Positions 56,554-64,000 of a stretch of 64,000 nucleotides of DNA are shown piece after piece; positions within the stretch are counted from its first letter, which is position 1, and every line of letters begins with the position of its first letter. The stretch is from Salinivirgaceae bacterium (GTDB lineage: Bacteria; Bacteroidota; Bacteroidia; Bacteroidales; SZUA-534): NCBI GenBank assembly GCA_017474765.1, contig JAFVGW010000034.1, forward strand, positions 22,502-86,501, given 5' to 3'. The notes under the pieces are model-generated. The model was not told where the DNA came from. It saw only the letters and a program-made list of their open reading frames with translations, and ran no database searches. The translations under genes were made by a program, and so were the position numbers.

Positions 56554-57471
56554 TTATTTATTCAAATATGGCCGGACTTCTTCAGCAATTTCCCCTAAAA
56601 TAGCATCAGAAATTTCCGTATGAGAAAACTGATAAGTCCAAACATATATTTTATTCTCACCACGATAAACCCGATATCCATTTTGTTTGAAAGTTGAAGG
56701 TGAGAACACATCTGCTGGCTTGAAGCCGTATATAAATTCAAATATTTTATCAGCGTAATGACCGCAAGCAAATATGGTTATAGGAAATTGCTGGAAAAAC
56801 TCATTCTTAAATAACTGGCACCTGTTCTTGATAGATTCTTTAGTAGCTTCCCTTTGTTTTTTTTCTTCTTCCTTTTGTTTTTGCAAATCAATATTAGGGT
56901 CTCTTTCAAATTTATTATTTGGGCGAGTCACCTCGCTTAATTCCGTTATAAATGTATCCTTAAAAAAATCAATGCTATCACTTTTTTCTCGGCAGAATAT
57001 ATCCTGCACCAATTTTTGATACTTATACCAAGTTGTACTTGCACCATATTTGAGATACTTGTGGGTAAATCTACCGTTTTCTCTAGTTATACGCTTTTTA
57101 TTGTCTAAACAATTATACCTGTAATAATGAGGAAAAATAGGATTAAAATTTAAAAATGCCTCAGAACAAACATCATCATCAGGGTGATGTATTTCTGATT
57201 TCACAACAATTTGACCTTCTTTTTTGATGTTTTCTTGCCAATCGTCAAAATTTTCAAAGCAATATCGCTTTTGTTCTTCAATATCTTGTTTCCAAGTAAC
57301 TTCTTGTCCAACTATAAGGATTTTTGCAGACGGGTTACCATAACCAACAAAAGGTTTCTTTTGTTTATAAGTCTCATTATCAAACAAATTTCTAAATGAT
57401 TTAGGAAAACTTGCTGGAAGTGTTAATGGTGGGAAAACAGCTTGCATAATATTCGATTTTGTGTTTAACAT
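56554..57471 (-). CDS. Divergent uracil-DNA-glycosylase-superfamily protein with ~130-aa insertion
   Basis: FVGYGNPSAKILIVGQE aligns with the family-4 UDG motif A region (G-x-G-N-P-x-A-K-[IL]-M-[IF]-V-G-E). TFITELSEVTRPN aligns with YITN-VKCRPP, ITIFACGHYADKIFEF with the central beta-alpha segment, and YQFSHTE with the motif B histidine. The gene is markedly AT-rich compared with its neighbours. Start taken at MLNTKSN. Confidence 0.55.
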   Translation of the reverse strand: MLNTKSNIMQAVFPPLTLPASFPKSFRNLFDNETYKQKKPFVGYGNPSAKILIVGQEVTWKQDIEEQKRYCFENFDDWQENIKKEGQIVVKSEIHHPDDDVCSEAFLNFNPIFPHYYRYNCLDNKKRITRENGRFTHKYLKYGASTTWYKYQKLVQDIFCREKSDSIDFFKDTFITELSEVTRPNNKFERDPNIDLQKQKEEEKKQREATKESIKNRCQLFKNEFFQQFPITIFACGHYADKIFEFIYGFKPADVFSPSTFKQNGYRVYRGENKIYVWTYQFSHTEISDAILGEIAEEVRPYLNK

Positions 57472-57529
57472 TTTTTTCAAGACAAATATACTTCTCCTCA
57501 CAAATTTTCCAACAAAAAAACAGCCGCCT

Positions 57530-57937
57530 TCAAAATCTGAAATCGGCAACAAAAACCCACACTGCAATACATAACGCCCATGTTAGAAAGAATGTATGTG
57601 TATCAGCTTCAACATTATATGCCTGTCCAAAAATTGCCAAAAACGCCCCGACAAGCACACTCATTGACGAAATAGCCACATTTCGGACCAAAGTGCTCAT
57701 TGGCACTCTGACAATCGAAAGCATAAGCGCCAGCATTAAAAATGCCACTATGCCAAGTTTCGCAAAACGATGAATAATCAACTGCCAGTTGTAGGCAAAG
57801 AAAAAGACGATGCCCGCCAACAAAAGACCTGCCCCTAATACCAAAGATGCTATTTGAATAAACCGCAACCAAGCCGCGGCATCGGCCATTCTGACTTTGT
57901 TTGCCGCCTTGTTCGATGTTGTATCCTGTATTGTCAT
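57530..57937 (-). CDS. Membrane protein fragment (DUF2157-like N-terminal ~4 TM helices), probably truncated
   Basis: GAGLLLAGIVFFFAYNWQ resembles the DUF2157 N-terminus. The ORF stops after 135 aa exactly where the AT-rich gene begins. Confidence 0.45.
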   Translation of the reverse strand: MTIQDTTSNKAANKVRMADAAAWLRFIQIASLVLGAGLLLAGIVFFFAYNWQLIIHRFAKLGIVAFLMLALMLSIVRVPMSTLVRNVAISSMSVLVGAFLAIFGQAYNVEADTHTFFLTWALCIAVWVFVADFRF

Positions 57938-58006
57938 ATTTTGATTTACTGATTATTACAAATATAAAAAAAGTCGGTATTCATGTTTAACCCAATTAGT
58001 CATAAG

Positions 58007-58063
58007 CCCGCTCAGCGGCCGTATGCGCGGCCTAGCGGAAATTGCTGGCCTGATGACGGCTTA
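58007..58063 (+). pseudogene. Displaced duplicate of the uxuA 3' end (encodes ...PLSGRMRGLAEIAGLMTA*)
   Basis: The 57-nt segment is collinear with 55234-55290 and has a 28-nt identical core (58015-58042 = 55242-55269). Four synonymous third-position differences follow the core. The frame is kept up to a TAG at 58061-58063. Confidence 0.75.
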
Positions 58064-58185
58064 GACTAAAACCTGCAGATTTTTGGTAATATGAATAATA
58101 TAATCGTGCGTTCCTTTTATCCGCAATAAACCGCCCAATGTGCATAAATCGACGTTTTTTTTAGGCATTGTCAGTTATTCGCACC

Positions 58186-58193
58186 TATATTTG
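58186..58193 (+). promoter_or_regulatory. Bacteroidota -7 promoter box (TATATTTG)
   Basis: Matches TAnnTTTG 18 nt upstream of the ATG at 58211. Confidence 0.45.
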
Positions 58194-58210
58194 AAAAATT
58201 TCTGACTGAT

Positions 58211-60673
58211 ATGGCAAGTTACTCTATAGGCGACATTGCCGCTGTGGTTGGCGGCAAGTTGACACGCGGCTCGGGCGGCAACATTTCTCACATTCTGATT
58301 GACAGCCGCAAGGTGGTTTTTGCCCGCGAGAGCCTGTTTTTCGCGCTTAAAGGCACCCGCAACGACGGCCACCGTTTCATCACCGAACTTTACAAGTCGG
58401 GCGTGCGCAATTTTGTGGTGGACCATCTGCCGCAAAATGTTGAAAGTTACCAATATGCAAACTTCATTGTTGTTGAGAACACGCTGAAGGCGCTGCACCA
58501 GCTTGTCAGTTGGCACCGTCAGAAGATGACAATGCCTGTGGTTGGAATCACGGGCAGCAACGGCAAGACGATTGTGAAGGAATGGGCTTGCAAATGTCTT
58601 GCGCCCGAAAAGTTAATTGCCCGAAATCCAAAGAGTTACAATAGTCAGATTGGCGTTCCGCTGTCGGTTTGGCTGCTTCAGCCCGACAACAATCTGGGCA
58701 TTTTTGAAGCGGGAATTTCGCAGCCTGGCGAGATGGACGCGCTCGAGAACATCATCCGCCCCGACATTGGCATTTTCACCAACATCGGCGACGCCCACCA
58801 AGAGAATTTCACAAGCATTGAGCAGAAACTGACCGAGAAACTGAAACTTTTCAAAAACGCCAAAGTTTTGATTTTTGGTGCTGATAATCAGTTGGTTCGC
58901 GAGAAGATAAAGGCAACTGTCAATCCTGAGACAAAATTGTTCACTTGGGGCACGCAACCCGATGTGAATCTGTATGTGGAATCGGTTGATTATCAGTCAA
59001 CAAGCGCCACCATCCACGCAATGTACAACAATGAGCGGTTTGCGGCGCAGATTCCGTTTGCCGACAAGGCTTCGGTTGAAAACGCCTTGCAGGTTTGGTC
59101 GTTGATGCTGGTGTTTGGCTATGATAATCAGACAATTGTGCAACGGCTGGCCACCATCGAGCCAATCGCTATGCGCCTTGAACTGAAGGAAGGCAATAAC
59201 AACTGCTCGATAATCAACGACAGTTACAACTGCGATATGGAATCGCTGCGGATTGCGCTCGACTACTTGAGCGTGCAGAATCAGCACCCACAGAAAGTTT
59301 TGATTTTGAGCGATATAGAGCAGAGCGGTTACACCAAAAGCGACCTTTACCACCACATTGCGGTGCTCATCAGGCAAAAAAACATTGACCGATTGATTGG
59401 TATCGGTCAGGATATCAAGTCGTTCTCGAACTTTTTCGACTTGCGCAAGGATTTCTTCGCCACCACGCAGGATTTTCTTGACCACTTCGATTTCAGCAAG
59501 ATACAGAACGCATCGGTGTTGCTGAAGGGCGCGCGGTCGTTCAGTTTCGAGCGCATTTCGTCGGTTTTGCAGAAGCAGTCGCACCAAACGGTGATGGCCA
59601 TCGACCTTTCAGCGATGGAACATAACTTGAACTATTTCAAGAGTTTGCTGAAGCCGACAACCGAAATGTGCTGTATGCTGAAGGCGTTTGCCTACGGAAG
59701 CGGCACGCACGAAATCGCTAATCTGTGTCAGTATCAGCGAGTTGCGATGATTGCAGTGGCTTTCGCCGACGAAGGGGTTGAGTTGCGCCGCGACGGCATC
59801 CACATTCCAATTCTGGTGCTCAATCCCGAGCGCGACAGTTTTGCGCAGATGATTGAGTATCGGCTTGAGCCTGAAGTGTATAACTATGTAACGCTCAATA
59901 CTTTCAATCAGGCGGTTTTGGATGCGGGGCAGACCAATTATCCAATCCACTTGAAACTCGACACGGGTATGCACCGCAGCGGTTTTATGCCCGACGACAC
60001 CGATGCTGTGATTGAGGCCGTTCATAACGCGAAAGGATTGAAAATCAAAACAATATTCTCGCATCTCGCCACCGCCGACGAGTACGACCAGGACGATTAC
60101 ACGCTCTCGCAGTTGAACACTTTCGAGACAATGAGCAGCGCCATAATGGCCCAAATGGACTATCCGATTAAGCGCCACATCTTGAATTCGGCTGGCATTG
60201 AGCGCTTTGCCGACAAATGGCAGTACGATATGGTGCGCCTTGGAATCGGCCTTTATGGCTTGAGTGTTGCGGGTGCGCAGTTGCAACCCATCGCCACACT
60301 GACAAGTTCATTGGCGCAAATAAAGCACCTGCCCGCAGGAACAACAGTGGGCTACAGCCGCCGCGGCAAGCTGACACGTGATTCCGACATTGCCACCGTG
60401 CCAATCGGTTACGCCGACGGTCTGCGCCGCTGCCTGGGCAACGGCAACGGAAAACTCTGGTACAAAGGCCGTTTGGTGCCGATTGTGGGCAACATTTGTA
60501 TGGATATTTGTATGGTCGATGTCACAGGCCTTGACGCGCACGAGGGCGACCCGATTGAGATTTTCGGCAAGAACCTGCCCATCACGCAAGTGGCCGAATG
60601 GATGAACACCATTCCGTACGAAGTGCTGACGGGAATCTCAAGGCGCGTGAAACGGACGTATGAGTATGAGTAA
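58211..60673 (+). CDS. murF-alr: Bifunctional UDP-N-acetylmuramoyl-tripeptide--D-alanyl-D-alanine ligase / alanine racemase
   Basis: The N-terminal Mur ligase has GITGSNGKTIVKEW. The C-terminal alanine racemase has the PLP lysine region MLKAFAYGSG and ...VRLGIGLYG...ICMDICMVDV. Confidence 0.88.
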   Translation: MASYSIGDIAAVVGGKLTRGSGGNISHILIDSRKVVFARESLFFALKGTRNDGHRFITELYKSGVRNFVVDHLPQNVESYQYANFIVVENTLKALHQLVSWHRQKMTMPVVGITGSNGKTIVKEWACKCLAPEKLIARNPKSYNSQIGVPLSVWLLQPDNNLGIFEAGISQPGEMDALENIIRPDIGIFTNIGDAHQENFTSIEQKLTEKLKLFKNAKVLIFGADNQLVREKIKATVNPETKLFTWGTQPDVNLYVESVDYQSTSATIHAMYNNERFAAQIPFADKASVENALQVWSLMLVFGYDNQTIVQRLATIEPIAMRLELKEGNNNCSIINDSYNCDMESLRIALDYLSVQNQHPQKVLILSDIEQSGYTKSDLYHHIAVLIRQKNIDRLIGIGQDIKSFSNFFDLRKDFFATTQDFLDHFDFSKIQNASVLLKGARSFSFERISSVLQKQSHQTVMAIDLSAMEHNLNYFKSLLKPTTEMCCMLKAFAYGSGTHEIANLCQYQRVAMIAVAFADEGVELRRDGIHIPILVLNPERDSFAQMIEYRLEPEVYNYVTLNTFNQAVLDAGQTNYPIHLKLDTGMHRSGFMPDDTDAVIEAVHNAKGLKIKTIFSHLATADEYDQDDYTLSQLNTFETMSSAIMAQMDYPIKRHILNSAGIERFADKWQYDMVRLGIGLYGLSVAGAQLQPIATLTSSLAQIKHLPAGTTVGYSRRGKLTRDSDIATVPIGYADGLRRCLGNGNGKLWYKGRLVPIVGNICMDICMVDVTGLDAHEGDPIEIFGKNLPITQVAEWMNTIPYEVLTGISRRVKRTYEYE

Positions 60674-60782
60674 AAGAACGTAAATTGATGAAGCTCAATA
60701 AATGAGCTCAAAAAGCGCAAAGCCGCTGAATTTAGATAATTGGGAATATCTGAGTGGTAGCAAATTGTCTACATGGGGGCAA

Positions 60783-61658
60783 TTATTCAGCTTCGCTGAT
60801 AGTGGCATTAATCATGTTTACAGCAGTCAGATGTCCGCCAGTCCATACTTTCCAATACAATCCCCGACGGCCATCATCGCCCTCAATGTCAAGCATATAA
60901 CGAATATCGCCCAAAAGGCAGGTGAACGATTGTTCTCCTAGCTGTTTCAAAATAATTTGCCGTGCGGGGCAGACATTTTCGGCAATATCAGCACTTGAAT
61001 ATATTTTTCCGATACCCCAGTTTTTCATTGGCTCAATAGCGCCAGACTCGGCTACGTAAGTCATCTCACCTTCAGCAGAAAAGTTGAACGAAACCAATGC
61101 GTCATCGCTATATCCTTTGAATTCAGACACATCGATAAAACCGCCAAAAGATTTTAGTTCGCGCGCCTTACCATATTTGACAGCCCCGCACATATAGGAT
61201 TCGCCCAAGGTAAGCTCGCACGGCGATTGGCTCATTACATAAATCTCAAGCACGTGCGATTTGTTATCCGGATTCAAATCAACCCGCATCGTTGAGCGCC
61301 CGTCAACAATCGGAGCCGTTCCCGACGAGATTTCATCAGTCGTGGTGTATCTCACATTCAGAAAGAGTTTTACGCTGTCGCCGACAATGTTGTCAACCGA
61401 CACAACCAGCTGGTCGTATTCACTGAAATCAGCAGATGGTTTCACACTGTCATCACCGAACCACCATCCACAACCTGCCCACTCACCCTTGTATGTCATA
61501 CGATGAGTTGTGGGTTCGTAGTCACCGCGCCATGTCAAGTTTGCCTGATCAGGATTGAGAGCGTGCTTTTTGACCGATGACGAACAGCCAACCAACGACG
61601 ACGCCATCACAATCAACAGCGCGACTTTGATAACCGGTGACTTTTCTGATCGTTTCAT
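60783..61658 (-). CDS. Hypothetical lipoprotein (beta-rich, possibly carbohydrate-binding)
   Basis: Lipobox MASSLVGC. It is adjacent to an esterase gene. No catalytic motif recognised. Confidence 0.5.
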   Translation of the reverse strand: MKRSEKSPVIKVALLIVMASSLVGCSSSVKKHALNPDQANLTWRGDYEPTTHRMTYKGEWAGCGWWFGDDSVKPSADFSEYDQLVVSVDNIVGDSVKLFLNVRYTTTDEISSGTAPIVDGRSTMRVDLNPDNKSHVLEIYVMSQSPCELTLGESYMCGAVKYGKARELKSFGGFIDVSEFKGYSDDALVSFNFSAEGEMTYVAESGAIEPMKNWGIGKIYSSADIAENVCPARQIILKQLGEQSFTCLLGDIRYMLDIEGDDGRRGLYWKVWTGGHLTAVNMINATISEAE

Positions 61659-61730
61659 AATTACCCCTCACTCCTACACTTTGTGCTCGATTTTGTTACT
61701 CAACTATTTTTTATCTCGTATTATTTGTAA

Positions 61731-62840
61731 TCATTTGAATAGTTTCTGAGCAAACAAATACAAATCTTCGCGCCAAACGGGCCATGTGTGGCCTCCTTCC
61801 TTCGAGTCGTAGAATTCGTATTTAATGCCCATTGTATCAAATTTTTGCATCATAACCTTGCAATTGTTGTAGGCAATGTCGGTTGAGCTTCCCTGTGACA
61901 GCCACAGCAACTTGATGTTCTTGTTGAACTGGCCTTTGTTGGCCTCGAGATACTTGTAGCATTTGGTTCCCGGGTCATTATCGCCGCCGCGATTATTGGC
62001 GAACCAGCCAGAACTGAAAACGCCCAGATAGTTGAAGAAGTCGTTGTGCGGCATACCCACGTGCATTGTGTAAAGTCCGCCCATCGACAGACCGCCAAGA
62101 GCGCGCATTTGCGGACGTGCATCAACTCGGTAGTTCTTCTCAACAAACGGCACAATATTGTCCATTATCTCTTTCTCAATGTCATCATAGCCGCCAACGT
62201 TGGCGTCGAGGCTGACAAGAATCATCGGCACAGCTTTACCTTCTGCAGCCAGATTGTCGAGAATGATGTTTCCGCGACCTTGGTTAACCCAACCACGGCA
62301 GTCTTCACCGCCACCATGAATAATGTAGAAGACGGGGTATTTTTTATTGGTGTCTTTGTCATAGCCAGCAGGGGTGTAGACGTACATTGTGCGCCACGAT
62401 TTGGTCACGCTTGAGAAGTAGTTCTCAGTGCGAACGCATCCATGAGGAACATCTTGAATCTGATATTGTTTGCCACCGTCGAGGTAGGGCACTTCAACGC
62501 AGCTCATCATTCGGCCACAGCCGAAAAAGGTTTCGCTGCCTGGGTCATTCACCGACACTCCGTCCACAATCAGGCTATAGTACTGAATGCCGCTCACAAT
62601 GCGCTCTGTCTTGCCCGACCATACGCCGTCGGCGTTTTTAGTCATATCGTATTTTTTCCCGCAAATGTCAACTTGCACCTTTTGTGCTTCGGGGGCGCGC
62701 AGTTGGAATTCAATTGTGTTGTCGGGGTAAATTGCAGGGTATTTGCTGCCCTGAATGTTTGTCGTGGCTGGCGTCTGAGCCACGGCGGTCGCACAAAGTG
62801 CCAGTGCAGGCAACAGTTGCAATGTCTTTAATAATCTCAT
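61731..62840 (-). CDS. Esterase (CE1 / esterase D-type alpha/beta hydrolase with N-terminal Ig-like domain)
   Basis: Signal peptide, nucleophile elbow GLSMGG, and downstream ...YPVFYIIHGGGED... and GGHTWPVW, typical of putative xylan/feruloyl esterases. Confidence 0.75.
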   Translation of the reverse strand: MRLLKTLQLLPALALCATAVAQTPATTNIQGSKYPAIYPDNTIEFQLRAPEAQKVQVDICGKKYDMTKNADGVWSGKTERIVSGIQYYSLIVDGVSVNDPGSETFFGCGRMMSCVEVPYLDGGKQYQIQDVPHGCVRTENYFSSVTKSWRTMYVYTPAGYDKDTNKKYPVFYIIHGGGEDCRGWVNQGRGNIILDNLAAEGKAVPMILVSLDANVGGYDDIEKEIMDNIVPFVEKNYRVDARPQMRALGGLSMGGLYTMHVGMPHNDFFNYLGVFSSGWFANNRGGDNDPGTKCYKYLEANKGQFNKNIKLLWLSQGSSTDIAYNNCKVMMQKFDTMGIKYEFYDSKEGGHTWPVWREDLYLFAQKLFK

Positions 62841-62858
62841 TTCTATCGTGTTATAAGT

Positions 62859-64000
62859 TTATTTTTTAAGAATGTCAGCCAGAAGTTTCATTTGCTCAAT
62901 GTCGTTTTTAATCCACTGGGTCATAAACAACATTAAGCCATCGGCTGATTTGATTTTTCCATCGCTGAGCAAGCCTAAGAATTCGTTGATTTTAGCAATA
63001 AAGTCATTAAACGATTGCTTAAGCTGTTTCTTATCGCTGAATTCAGACTCTTCAACGTAACCTTCGACTGTGCCAAAGTGGTACGACGCGAAATCGGCAA
63101 GACTGCGAACAGCTTCCTTTATCTCCTTTTTCGATTTACCCGCACGGAATGTTGTGTAAACCGTATTAGCCAGCTCTGTCAACTTCTTAAGTTGTTCTGA
63201 TATTTCGATTATGCTGGTTTCACAATTATTATTCCACTCAATCAACTCCTGCTCCCCCACCTCTCTATTGAGGTCAGATTCTTCTATCTGTTCATCTTTC
63301 TGCCGACTTGTTTTTTTAGCTTTCGCAACTGATGGCTGCCCACTTCCTTCAATCATCTTCTCGAGTTCGGCTATTTTCGATGCCGACTCAGTGTTTTCTG
63401 ATTGCAACTCATGAATTATGTTTTGGGCGTTCATCTTTTCAGTGATGTCAATGCCCACCTTTATCACTTTGTATGGTTTTGTCTCGTTTTGGTCAAGTAC
63501 CGGTGTGTAGGTCTCCTGAATCCACAAATCACGTCCATTCAATGTGATATGATTGATTTCTGTCTCAATTTTACCCCTACGCAGATTACTCCACATCTGC
63601 ATGTGGCTCATTTTTTGCTCTGCGGTCATTTCAACACCATCATCCGACTTCTGACCAATGATTTTATCAGTTGTTGTGCCGAGCATTTTTGAATAAGTGT
63701 CATTAACGTTAGTCACTACACCATTCATATCATATTCAACAACAATCAGTTTATCGTTGATAACCTTCATAATGGCATTTGATTCGTTCTCGCGACGGGC
63801 AGCCTCCTCCTGAGTAGCTTGCAGCTCTTCCATGTTCTGACGCATCTCCTCCTCTTTCGAGGCCAATTCTTCGGCTTGTACCTTTGACTGATTCAACAGA
63901 TTATTTGTTCGCTCGTTGATTTTAACAGTCGAAATTGTAGATGCGATACTTTCGGCAACCTTCTCAACAAAGTTGATTTTATAATCCTCAAGGTTGTGGA
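62859..64000 (-). CDS. Signalling protein, C-terminal part (coiled coil + PAS-like + hemerythrin-like domain); N-terminus beyond window
   Basis: The frame stays open upstream of the TTG at 63896 through position 64000 (hand-checked: ...HNLEDYKINFVEKVAESIASTISTVKINERTNNLLNQSKVQAEEL). It has a PAS-like segment (VVEYDMNGVVTNVNDTYSKMLG...LWIQETYTPVLD...KVIKVGIDITE). The C-terminal IEWNNNCETSIIEISEQLKKL...YHFGTVEGY...WIKNDI resembles bacteriohemerythrin. Confidence 0.65.
   Translation of the reverse strand, partial: HNLEDYKINFVEKVAESIASTISTVKINERTNNLLNQSKVQAEELASKEEEMRQNMEELQATQEEAARRENESNAIMKVINDKLIVVEYDMNGVVTNVNDTYSKMLGTTTDKIIGQKSDDGVEMTAEQKMSHMQMWSNLRRGKIETEINHITLNGRDLWIQETYTPVLDQNETKPYKVIKVGIDITEKMNAQNIIHELQSENTESASKIAELEKMIEGSGQPSVAKAKKTSRQKDEQIEESDLNREVGEQELIEWNNNCETSIIEISEQLKKLTELANTVYTTFRAGKSKKEIKEAVRSLADFASYHFGTVEGYVEESEFSDKKQLKQSFNDFIAKINEFLGLLSDGKIKSADGLMLFMTQWIKNDIEQMKLLADILKK

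Noticed and set aside
59609-60286. 225-aa and other minus-strand ORFs within murF-alr
   Set aside because: They are antisense to the bifunctional MurF/Alr frame, which has clear ligase and racemase motifs.
60702-60941. 79-aa plus-strand ORF after murF-alr
   Set aside because: It overlaps the 3' end of the minus-strand lipoprotein gene and has no motif or promoter box, so it is probably spurious.
1-64000. Search for an integrase, transposase, relaxase or phage structural genes that would make the uxuA-end island or the TA pairs part of a complete mobile element
   Set aside because: None of the ORFs of 60 aa or more shows recombinase or transposase motifs, so no complete mobile element is called.

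Overview
The window looks like a Bacteroidales-type chromosome segment. That placement is an inference from many TAnnTTTG -7 promoter boxes close to start codons, many lipobox lipoproteins, a fused CcsBA, a MurF-Alr fusion and TonB/ECF-FecR modules. Most of it is housekeeping: ccsBA, deaD-like helicase, xseA, leuC/leuD, clpB, folE, fabD, purB, msbA-like ABC, recN, an Fe-ADH, an RluA-family synthase, tRNA-Arg(CCT) and murF-alr. There is also a small glucuronoxylan set: a frameshifted LacI regulator, GH67 aguA, uxuA and a CE1-like esterase. I found no rRNA, CRISPR array, transposase or integrase. Five things deserve a second look. (1) A ~2.8-kb insertion sits at the 3' end of uxuA, bracketed by a duplicated uxuA 3' end with a 28-nt identical core and mostly synonymous differences. 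It carries an AT-rich gene for a divergent uracil-DNA-glycosylase-superfamily protein, a 323-aa orphan and a truncated membrane gene. (2) Same-strand and convergent intergenic spacers hold a family of strand-asymmetric tandem arrays with 7-8-nt periods. Arrays up to 50 kb apart share exact 14-22-mers. (3) A GxxExxY (PD-(D/E)XK-like) gene is inserted between leuC and leuD and is flanked by inverted CACAGAT heptamer arrays. (4) A LytS/LytTR two-component locus contains a degenerate pseudokinase paralog and two embedded DUF2281-like/PIN toxin-antitoxin pairs. A 21-bp-phased direct repeat lies upstream of the neighbouring TonB-dependent receptor. (5) A SiaB/SiaC-like partner-switch pair has no adjacent phosphatase or cyclase. 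All functional calls rest on motifs read by eye, since no database searches were possible.
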